DNA of 64,000 nt from the NCBI GenBank assembly GCA_024276425.1, contig JAJRXF010000094.1, positions 3,152 to 67,151 of the forward strand, written 5' to 3'. The DNA is from Actinomycetes bacterium (GTDB taxonomy: Bacteria; Actinomycetota; Acidimicrobiia; Acidimicrobiales; SZUA-35). Made by a program: the position numbers and the translations under genes. Of this stretch, positions 54,491-62,305 are shown in pieces. Within the stretch, counting starts at the first letter, position 1. The number at the start of each line of letters is the position of its first letter. The notes beneath the pieces were generated by a model that had not been told where the DNA came from, searched no databases, and saw nothing but the letters and a program-made list of their open reading frames with translations.

Positions 54491-56512
54491 CTAGGGTCGT
54501 TGAGCGATTTCAAATGACTCCCCAGATGCGGCCAACTGTGAGGCGAGGCGGACGTCATCCGTGCGCAGGAGTTCTTCGGCCCAATACTCCAGACCAGACG
54601 CATCGGGCTCACGCAAGAGGATTCGTTGGTAGAGTCCGCTGACTCGGGACTTGCGAGACTCAATCGAGGCGTAGAACCCGCTGGCAACATCGCCGGTGGT
54701 CATTTCCCCAGACGACAAACGTTGCACCCAAGCGACAAGGCCTTCCGGCTCAGCTTCGCGCCCAAGAAGATCTCGATAGAGGGCACGAACGAAGGACTCA
54801 TCGGTCCCACCCGATCGAGCATAGTATTCGGGCGAGCCATAGAAGTGAGCCCCGACCGCTTCGACCCGAACCCCGGCTGCAACTTGGGCGAGCCAGTGGG
54901 CCTTACCTTCGGGGTCTGCTGAGCGTCCGAGAGCATCTTGGTAAAAGCCATCGATCATTACCCCAGCCCACTCGTCGGTGAGTGCCAGAGCTGTAGTTAG
55001 ATCTTCTCGTTGCCCCGTCTGTATCGCTAGCAGCCAATCGGAGCGGTCACCGACCGTGGCCGACCGTCCCAAGAAGAGTTCGAAGACGTGATTGATGTAG
55101 GCCGAGGCTTCTGGACTCGTGGAAACCTGACCAATTGGACCGAAGGAGAACCAGTCAGACTTGAGTGAGAGCAATTGGCGGGTCTCGTTGCCGGTCTTGG
55201 TGATCGACCCGTTCGCAAACTCAAACAGCACGGTGAGGGCTCGACCGCCGTCTTCGCCCAAGCCATTTCTCGTGATCACCTCGACGCTCAACAAATCGCC
55301 AAGGTTCGGCTTTCCATCGTTGGGTAGGTTCTGACTGGCCTCAAACGCTGCCAGATTTACCGTCTTGATCCAGTCATGATTAGGATTGGCGGCGATGGAA
55401 TCACCCTCATCTGGAACGGCGGTAAAGTCGCCGCCCGCTGTGTAACCACCGCTGGATGAAGAAAATTCGGTTCTGGCCACTGTTGTGCCAAATAGGCGCA
55501 CCAATCCTGCCGTGGCGGCGATGGCCGCATCGGTGGCCGGATGGGTCATGATCTCGAATTCGGTTAGTTGCCGGTATCGACCCTCATAGACCTGGCACAG
55601 GGTGGTGTCACAGGTGTCGGCATAGGGCAACTGCCTGGCATCACCAGCCAAGGCGTAGGACCGGGCAGCTACGGCTTGAGCCTCCAGGGCGGCGGCTGGC
55701 CAAGATGCCGGTGACTCACGAGGAACGACTCCCCGTAGGTATTGCTCGACCGAAACTACGTTGATCGTGCGTGTTGAACCGTTGTTGTTGTAGGACTGGA
55801 TGGTTCCCTCATACCAATTGCTGGAGCTATCGGCATTGCAGACCCGCAACAGATCATCGGGCGTGTCCCCGGTAGAAGTCCGTTCGACTCTCAAGGTTGT
55901 CGCTCCAAGGTTGGCCTGCAGGGTCCAGGGTCCCGAGCAACTGGGAGCGGACTCAACGCTCAGACCCGCCCCAGAAGAGCGAAGTCGCACTGCTTGGCGT
56001 GAATCTGCCGCTGTCTGATAGATCAACTCAGTCCCGTCCATGACTCGAAGAGAACCGTTCTGAACGTCGACCCGAGTGGAAAACCCCTGATTCTTCCGCA
56101 GATCTACCCGTAGTTGGTTCGGATCAAGGCTCAAGGTGGCCGAATCGATCGAGCCGGCAGTCGACCCGCCATAGTAGTGATCCAGTATTTGGGCCGACGT
56201 CCAGCCTTGTTCGGCGTATCCATAGGCGCCGTATTGGCTGAGACCGCGACCATGACCCCAGCCATGACCGCGGACCTCGACCACAGGGTCTTCTCCGTCC
56301 TGAGCCGACGCCTCCGGTGGAATAGCACTTTCCGTGGAATCGCCAGCCGTGGAGTTGCTCTCAGTGGCCGGACCTTCGTGGGCGGCAACCGGTGACATGA
56401 GCGAAACGAGAACCACAAAGACACTCGCAACGACTAGCGCGGCCCGCGGCAGTACTCTGTTGGAGGCTGCTCTGTGGGAAGCTGCTCTATGGGAAACTCC
56501 GACTTGACTCAT
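54491..56512 (-). CDS. Secreted SpoIID/LytB-domain protein with four C-terminal DUF4214-like repeats
   Basis: ATG 56512 is preceded by AAGGGAG; the track ORF starts 10 codons earlier. Signal peptide, GHGWGHGRGLSQYGAYGYA, VSVEQYLRGVVPRESPASWPAAALEAQAVAARSYAL, FSSSSGGYT. The C-terminal ~210 aa carries repeats of the ...LYRDLLGREAEPEGLVAWV... type. Confidence 0.88.
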   Translation of the reverse strand: MSQVGVSHRAASHRAASNRVLPRAALVVASVFVVLVSLMSPVAAHEGPATESNSTAGDSTESAIPPEASAQDGEDPVVEVRGHGWGHGRGLSQYGAYGYAEQGWTSAQILDHYYGGSTAGSIDSATLSLDPNQLRVDLRKNQGFSTRVDVQNGSLRVMDGTELIYQTAADSRQAVRLRSSGAGLSVESAPSCSGPWTLQANLGATTLRVERTSTGDTPDDLLRVCNADSSSNWYEGTIQSYNNNGSTRTINVVSVEQYLRGVVPRESPASWPAAALEAQAVAARSYALAGDARQLPYADTCDTTLCQVYEGRYRQLTEFEIMTHPATDAAIAATAGLVRLFGTTVARTEFSSSSGGYTAGGDFTAVPDEGDSIAANPNHDWIKTVNLAAFEASQNLPNDGKPNLGDLLSVEVITRNGLGEDGGRALTVLFEFANGSITKTGNETRQLLSLKSDWFSFGPIGQVSTSPEASAYINHVFELFLGRSATVGDRSDWLLAIQTGQREDLTTALALTDEWAGVMIDGFYQDALGRSADPEGKAHWLAQVAAGVRVEAVGAHFYGSPEYYARSGGTDESFVRALYRDLLGREAEPEGLVAWVQRLSSGEMTTGDVASGFYASIESRKSRVSGLYQRILLREPDASGLEYWAEELLRTDDVRLASQLAASGESFEIAQRP

Positions 56513-56616
56513 GTGCTCCCTTCGGCCAAACAGGTGACGCAATGAGCGAAACCTAGTCCGTTTGGCCTAGAAACCGATACCTCTGGGAAGCTTCACTCAC
56601 CCACTGTCTCAACCGC

Positions 56617-59388
56617 TCAGTGGCCCACCGTCCCAGTGGCTAGCTGGTAGAACTCTGCACTCAAGGCCAGATTCATAGCGAGGTCGATGTCATCCCCGTC
56701 GACCAATTGCCCAGACCAGTAGTCCAGGCCCTCCGAGTCGGGCGCACGACCCAGGACTATCTGATAGAGCCCACGAACCCGACCGTTTCTCGACTCGATT
56801 GAACGATAAAAGCCAGCAGCAATATCCACCGGTTTGGCTCGCCCGGAGGACAAAAGCTCCACCCAATGAGACAGGCCGCTGGCATCGGGTTCGCGCTGAA
56901 GGAGGGCGAGGTAAAGACGCCGAACGTAGGCCTCATCGGATCCTGCCGAGCGTACATATTCGGGCGAACTGTAAAATGTCACGCCAAGATCCTGGGTTCG
57001 CATGCCATCACGAAGCCGACCAACCCAATAGGCCCGACCATCATCATCGGGTGGTCGGCGGAGAACCTCTTGGTAGTTCTCCGCCACAATTCGACCAGCC
57101 CACTCATCGGAGTTGGCTAAGCCTTCAACCAGGGCGGAAGACCCACGGAAATCCACCTCCCAACCCAACCGATCCAACTCCAAAAGGCTTCCGTCACGTC
57201 CCAAGAAAAGCGACATGAGCTCATTGACGTATTGGGCCAGGTCGCGCTCGGCCAAGGCTGGACTGAGTTCCCACCAAAGGGCAACGTCCACCGCCGTTGT
57301 GCTGCCAACAGTGGTCGACAGAGGCGAGGCGGCACGCTCATCTCCAAACACATCGAGCCGCCCTTCACTATCTAGCACCCAGCCGCCGTTTCCGTTCGGA
57401 TCCACGGCTATGGCCCGAGCCATCCCATTCCACATCCCTCCTCGACGCTGGGACGCTGGAGCACCACCAAAGGGGTGAAGGCGACCCCCCGAATCAAGGA
57501 TCCAGCCGCTTTGCCCATCGGAACGGACACCGACATCGACCGCCTGCACCGGCGACGCTAATTGTTGTTCCGGGGCACCGCCCAGCGGGGAGAGAGTGCC
57601 GTCTATGCTAAGCACATACCCAATCCCTTCTGGAGTCAAGTCTGCCGCGACAACTGGGGCCTTTGGTGGCTCTCCTCGCGCCAGGCCCGGTGCTCCTCCA
57701 AAGGGTTGAATCTCGCCCCCATCCGAGACCACATACCCAGAGGTCCCGTCTCCAATGACAACCAGATCCACCGGGTTCACGCCTCCAACCACGGAAGAGG
57801 CGGAGGGGCCTTGTCCAAACGAGCGAATCGTCCCCGTCTGGTCCAAGGTAAAACCGCGACCATCGATGGCATCGATGGCGATGACATTGGCTGCCGCCGA
57901 CGGCGCTGCTCGAGGATAGGCGGCCGCTCCCCCGGCTCGGATGCCACCACTCTGGTCAAGAGTCAAAAAGGCGGGCCCACTTGGGGCGGGCTTGTAGGCG
58001 GGGAACACATAAGGAATGACGGCATCCCGGATGGTTGCATTGCGAACGCCGGAGACTCTGGCATAGAGGTAGCTTCCTGGACAAACGGTCAATCCCAAAT
58101 CTCGGTGGCCGAGAATACTCGGAACCTCGACCCAGGTGCCGTTGGGATAACGCAACCCTGAGGTCGCACCGGTCCGGCTCTTCATCCAACTGGTACCCAA
58201 CGGATCCACGCCATGAAGACCCAACTTCCAGGACGCCAGTGCCGCGATGGCATTGAGCGATGCCGCAGTAGGTGCGGCGGCGGCTGGCTGGGCTCCTCTC
58301 TGATACTGGCCGAGCACTGCCACCCCGGTCGACGACGTGTTGAATCCCTTGGTATGGCCGCCAATGACAGGCCGATCGGTTCCTCCAGATCGAGCCTCCC
58401 AAATGGTGCCAAACTTGTCGACAAGAAAATTGTAGCCAATATCGCACCAACCATTGATGGTCACATGTGTGCGGTAGATCCCTCGCAGGATGTCACCAAC
58501 CTGATCCTGCCGGTAACTATTGGTGGTTACCGTGTGATGAATAACAACACCCTGGACATTGTCGGCGTAGTTTGGACCTTCGGAGCAGCCCTCATTCTCA
58601 TAAGCCCAGCCAGCCGAGGTCCAAGACGAGCGAGGTTGGATAACCGGCTGAAGGGCAACCGCTGACGCCGGATCTGGACCTACCTGTGACCCAGAGGGCG
58701 CACCTTCATTGCTTTGGGTCAAAATTTGAATCGCTGGCTGGTCTTGACTCTTGAGCGATTCGATGCGGAGCGAGACCAGATCCCCACCCCGTTCGATGAT
58801 CTCAACGGCCTGTGCACCATCCCCGATCCATATCGGCCCAATAGCACTAGCCAAGCGAGACTCGGCCGATCCCTCCTCCCCCGCCAATCCGTCCGGGGAG
58901 TCCTCCGTATCGGTTTCCAGATTGACCCAGTCACTCCAGAGCCCGTCGTTCAAACTTCGAAGGGCAAAAACTGCTTGGCGGCCGTTGGTATCCAGGATCA
59001 ACATCTCTGGCTCATTGGCGAGGGGGATAGAAGCGCCAGGGCCACCCGAACGCAGTCCAGCCTCACCCTCCAGGTCGGAGGGAAGAATCCATTGGCCCGT
59101 TAGTTCGACCTGGATCTCGGTTACACCGGGAGCGAGCGGGACCGGCTGATCTTGACGTACTGGTTGTTGCTGGAAAACAGCGCGACTGTTCTCCACAGTC
59201 TGCTTAGTCTCCAAAACCTGTTGGGTGAGTACCCCCTCAGGCGGTTGGGTGAGTACCCCCTCAGGCGGTTGACCCGATACCCCTGGCGTCAGCGAGCCAA
59301 CGAGAACCAGCGCTCCAGCCAGGGCGACACCAAGTCGGGTGCCACTCCTCACCGACGGAAGAATGGACGAACTCAACGAAGCAGTCAT
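56617..59388 (-). CDS. Secreted N-acetylmuramoyl-L-alanine amidase (Amidase_2/PGRP type) with a propeller-like repeat region and four C-terminal DUF4214-like repeats
   Basis: 923 aa with a signal peptide. Amidase_2 core VVIHHTVTTNSY...WCDIGYNFLVDKFGTIWEARSGG...GHT...ILGHRD...CPG. About six ~45-aa repeats (GYVVSDGGEIQPFGGAP, GWILDSGGRLHPFGGAP, GWVLDSEGRLDVFGD). The C-terminal module is collinear with that of the SpoIID protein. Confidence 0.88.
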   Translation of the reverse strand: MTASLSSSILPSVRSGTRLGVALAGALVLVGSLTPGVSGQPPEGVLTQPPEGVLTQQVLETKQTVENSRAVFQQQPVRQDQPVPLAPGVTEIQVELTGQWILPSDLEGEAGLRSGGPGASIPLANEPEMLILDTNGRQAVFALRSLNDGLWSDWVNLETDTEDSPDGLAGEEGSAESRLASAIGPIWIGDGAQAVEIIERGGDLVSLRIESLKSQDQPAIQILTQSNEGAPSGSQVGPDPASAVALQPVIQPRSSWTSAGWAYENEGCSEGPNYADNVQGVVIHHTVTTNSYRQDQVGDILRGIYRTHVTINGWCDIGYNFLVDKFGTIWEARSGGTDRPVIGGHTKGFNTSSTGVAVLGQYQRGAQPAAAAPTAASLNAIAALASWKLGLHGVDPLGTSWMKSRTGATSGLRYPNGTWVEVPSILGHRDLGLTVCPGSYLYARVSGVRNATIRDAVIPYVFPAYKPAPSGPAFLTLDQSGGIRAGGAAAYPRAAPSAAANVIAIDAIDGRGFTLDQTGTIRSFGQGPSASSVVGGVNPVDLVVIGDGTSGYVVSDGGEIQPFGGAPGLARGEPPKAPVVAADLTPEGIGYVLSIDGTLSPLGGAPEQQLASPVQAVDVGVRSDGQSGWILDSGGRLHPFGGAPASQRRGGMWNGMARAIAVDPNGNGGWVLDSEGRLDVFGDERAASPLSTTVGSTTAVDVALWWELSPALAERDLAQYVNELMSLFLGRDGSLLELDRLGWEVDFRGSSALVEGLANSDEWAGRIVAENYQEVLRRPPDDDGRAYWVGRLRDGMRTQDLGVTFYSSPEYVRSAGSDEAYVRRLYLALLQREPDASGLSHWVELLSSGRAKPVDIAAGFYRSIESRNGRVRGLYQIVLGRAPDSEGLDYWSGQLVDGDDIDLAMNLALSAEFYQLATGTVGH
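59221..59268. repeat. In-frame perfect 24-bp tandem duplication within the amidase gene (encodes PPEGVLTQ x2 just after the signal peptide)
   Basis: Read directly: TTGGGTGAGTACCCCCTCAGGCGG at 59221..59244 and at 59245..59268. Confidence 0.9.
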
Positions 59389-59503
59389 GACTCATTCACT
59401 GGACGGGGTAGACGCTGGGCATGGATAGGCCACGCGATCAACCCTTGACCGGCTGTTTGGCGTGGAGCCACCCACCGTAGTTCCAAGGACTCCCAAGAAG
59501 GCG

Positions 59504-60676
59504 TCAGGAGGTAGGGATACCCACGACGGGAAGACACAGACCATCGAGTTCGACAATCTCGATCTGATCTCGATTGTCATAGGTAACCGGATTCGTTGGG
59601 TCGACCTGCAGTCGATACTCCCGGAAGCTCATTTCTAGAGCATCAAAAGCCAAGAGCCGACCGCGAAGCGAGTCACCTAATCCCAGGATCACCTTGATGG
59701 CCTCCAGCGCCTGGATCGAACCCACGATTCCGGGAAGTACCCCAAGCACACCTGCCTCTGAGCAGCTAGGAGCAAGCTCGGGTGGCGGAGGCTCGGGTAG
59801 AAGGTCTCGGTAGGTGGGTCCATCGAGAGGATCGAACACGGTCACCTGGCCCTCGAAGCGGAAGATTGAGCCGTGAACCACCGGTATCCCAAGCTTTACC
59901 GAAGCATCGTTAAGGATGTAGCGACTAGGAAAATTGTCTGCCCCATCGACCACTACGTCATAGCCCTGGAGAATGTCAAGAATGTTGTTGGCACCCAGAC
60001 GTTCGGAATAGGTGCGGACCTCAACCTCGGGGTTCAGTTTGACTAGCGTCTCGCGGGCAGAATCGACCTTTTCCATTCCAACCCGATCGATATTGTGAAT
60101 GATCTGACGTTGCAAGTTCGACTCGTCGACCACATCCATGTCGATGATTCCAATGGTCCCGACTCCGGCGGCAGCCAGATACATGGCGGCAGGAGATCCC
60201 AGTCCGCCCGCCCCGAGTAGAAGAACCTTTGCCCCGAGCAGTTTCAACTGGCCCTCTTCACCAATCTCGGACAACAAGATGTGCCTGCTGTAGCGGTTTC
60301 GCTGTTTGGCACTGAGGGTTAGCGGGGCAGACCACTCTCTTCCCTCATCCTTCCATTTGTTGAAGCCACCAGCCAAAGACGAGACGTTTGCGTAGCCCAG
60401 TTCGGCCAGCGTTACCGCTCCAAAAGCAGAGCGGGTGCCGCCAGCGCAGAGAATGACGAGCGGTTCATCCTTGTCCGTGACCAGGTTCTCGATTTGGGCC
60501 TCAAGATGGCCACGAACGATTGTGATCGACCCGGGAATGATGCCCTGAGCTATCTCGTCTGGCTCGCGAATATCGACAAACGTATGCCCCTTGGACCGAG
60601 CAAGTTCAGCCTCGTGGGTCGTAATCTCCCTGATGCTCTCTTTGGCCTTGGCCAGTAGCTCACGAAACGTTGCCAT
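59504..60676 (-). CDS. moeZ: MoeZ/MoeB-ThiF family adenylyltransferase/sulfurtransferase with the rhodanese domain at the N-terminus
   Basis: ATG 60676 has GGAAAGG upstream; the track ORF starts 9 codons earlier at 60703. Rhodanese domain with active-site loop ILCAGGTRS at residues ~10-120. Then ThiF: RYSRHILL...LLLGAGGLGSPAAMYLAAAGVGTIGIIDMDVVDESNLQRQ and APSCSEAGVLG. Confidence 0.85.
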   Translation of the reverse strand: MATFRELLAKAKESIREITTHEAELARSKGHTFVDIREPDEIAQGIIPGSITIVRGHLEAQIENLVTDKDEPLVILCAGGTRSAFGAVTLAELGYANVSSLAGGFNKWKDEGREWSAPLTLSAKQRNRYSRHILLSEIGEEGQLKLLGAKVLLLGAGGLGSPAAMYLAAAGVGTIGIIDMDVVDESNLQRQIIHNIDRVGMEKVDSARETLVKLNPEVEVRTYSERLGANNILDILQGYDVVVDGADNFPSRYILNDASVKLGIPVVHGSIFRFEGQVTVFDPLDGPTYRDLLPEPPPPELAPSCSEAGVLGVLPGIVGSIQALEAIKVILGLGDSLRGRLLAFDALEMSFREYRLQVDPTNPVTYDNRDQIEIVELDGLCLPVVGIPTS

Positions 60677-60772
60677 CTTCGAAACCTTTCCAGAGCCGCC
60701 CACACCAGCGCGAACGAACTAAAACCCTATCGAGTAGGTCAACAATTGATCCTGGGTTGCTTATTCCCGCTT

Positions 60773-61573
60773 TCACAACAGAATCTCACTCAGCACCTCG
60801 CTGATGGAACCGCGGACGATCACATCGGCCAGATCATCCATTTCGGTTGGGCTGCCATTGACAATCACAATCGTCGCCCCCGAACTCTTTGCCACCGGAA
60901 CAACATTGGCAATGGGATAGACCCCAAGGGTTGATCCAATGGCCAGAAGGAGGTCACAGTCGATGGCGGCCTGCTCGGCTCGCCCGAGATCGGCCGTGTT
61001 GAGGCTTTGCCCAAAGCTCACCGTTGCCGACTTCAGGATTCCTCCGCAGTCCGGACAGGCAGGATCGTCCTCGCCGGCGCGTACGCGGTCCAGCGCATCT
61101 TGCATCGGGGCACGATAGGAACAATGCAAACATTGCACATCACGTCCTGTGCCGTGAATTTCGACAATGAGTTCGGGATCTGAGCCGGCAGCGTGGTGAA
61201 GACCATCGATGTTCTGGGTAACAAGAAGGTTCAGCTTGTGAGCTTGTTCAAGCCGGAGCAGTGCCCGGTGGCCGGGGTTGGGGTCCGCCGCCCAGACCGG
61301 GGAGTCCAGCCTTGCCCGCCATGCCAATCGCCGCACCTCAACGTCGGAACGGTAGTAGGCAATGTTGGACATCCGCTCGGCATTTGGGTCCTTGGTCCAC
61401 ACTCCCTGGGGTCCGCGAAAATCAGGGATACGTGAGTCGGTAGATATCCCGGCTCCAGTCAATACCAGCACATTCGAGGCCTTCCTGATCGCCTCACGGG
61501 CTCGCCCTCTCTGCCCATCGTTTTGTCCACTTTGGCCTGCTGATGGCCCTCCCACTGTCGTCACGTTGCCCAT
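60773..61573 (-). CDS. cobB: NAD-dependent protein deacylase (sirtuin, CobB/Sir2 family)
   Basis: ATG 61573 gives 266 aa. GAGISTDSRIPDFRGPQGVW, QNIDGLH, zinc ribbon CLHC...CPDCGG. The upstream part of the 306-aa track ORF is G-rich repeat translation. Confidence 0.9.
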   Translation of the reverse strand: MGNVTTVGGPSAGQSGQNDGQRGRAREAIRKASNVLVLTGAGISTDSRIPDFRGPQGVWTKDPNAERMSNIAYYRSDVEVRRLAWRARLDSPVWAADPNPGHRALLRLEQAHKLNLLVTQNIDGLHHAAGSDPELIVEIHGTGRDVQCLHCSYRAPMQDALDRVRAGEDDPACPDCGGILKSATVSFGQSLNTADLGRAEQAAIDCDLLLAIGSTLGVYPIANVVPVAKSSGATIVIVNGSPTEMDDLADVIVRGSISEVLSEILL

Positions 61574-61620
61574 CCTAGGACAGGTCAGCCCCGGGGGAGT
61601 TGCCGCACCGATCCTGGCCT

Positions 61621-61668
61621 TCCCCTCCCCATCTGCTCTTCCCCTCCCCATCTGCTCTTCCCCTCCAT
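61621..61668. repeat. 19-bp tandem repeat TCCCCTCCCCATCTGCTCT x2 plus a partial third copy
   Basis: Read directly: copies at 61621..61639 and 61640..61658, with a partial copy to ~61668. Located in the divergent region between cobB (start 61573) and the 61826 gene. Confidence 0.9.
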
Positions 61669-61825
61669 TGCATGAATAACCCTCTTGCATCACAACTGGA
61701 CTTCATATACGGTTATTTCCGTTAGATTGAGTGCACTTCCCTCCTGTCCGATCGAAACGGACGTCCCACCATGCAAGACACCTTTGCACCGTGCCTCACG
61801 GTGCTCGACAGAATGTAGTCGGACC

Positions 61826-62305
61826 ATGTCCACCCAAGTCGAAGGCCCTCAGCGCCACAAAGCCACCTTCCCCGAGGAGCAACTCCATGTTCGCCTCTGG
61901 CATGATCCAGTCCTCGAAGACCTTGGGCACGACCCAAGGTCGCCCTATGTCGAACGGTTTTGGGTGTCAATCCTTGGCCCATCGGCAACCCTGCTACTGC
62001 GGAGACTGGCCCTAGGTCTTGAGCTTGAACCCAACGGCTTTGCACTGGAGTGCGCCGCCTGGGCTCAGGAACTCGGAATTGGGATGCGGGGAGGCAAGAG
62101 CGGTCCCTTCTGGAGAGCAGTCGATCGAACCTGCCGTTTCGGCGCCGCCCAACGAAGTGGTGCCAACCTGGCAGTAAGGCCAAAACTTCCGCCCCTCACC
62201 ATGCATCAAGTGGCCCGTCTGCCCAAACACCTACAAGCCTCTCATCAGGCTTGGCTGGCAAAACAACTCCCCAGGATCAGTTCGAAACCGGGTCGGGTTG
62301 CCTAG
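61826..62305 (+). CDS. Conserved-looking hypothetical protein (possible winged-helix fold)
   Basis: ATG 61826 gives 159 aa. ...DPRSPYVERFWVSILGPSATLLLRRLALGLE...QELGIGMRGGKSGPFWRAVDRTCRFGAAQ. I cannot name the family from memory. Confidence 0.6.
   Translation: MSTQVEGPQRHKATFPEEQLHVRLWHDPVLEDLGHDPRSPYVERFWVSILGPSATLLLRRLALGLELEPNGFALECAAWAQELGIGMRGGKSGPFWRAVDRTCRFGAAQRSGANLAVRPKLPPLTMHQVARLPKHLQASHQAWLAKQLPRISSKPGRVA

Noticed and set aside
59504-61573. Adjacent ThiF/E1-like and SIR2 genes considered as a possible antiphage or ubiquitin-like conjugation defence module.
   Set aside because: Both look like housekeeping enzymes. The sirtuin has the full CobB motifs and zinc ribbon, and the E1-like protein is a close MoeZ relative. 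No E2, JAB, effector or small Ubl gene is nearby.
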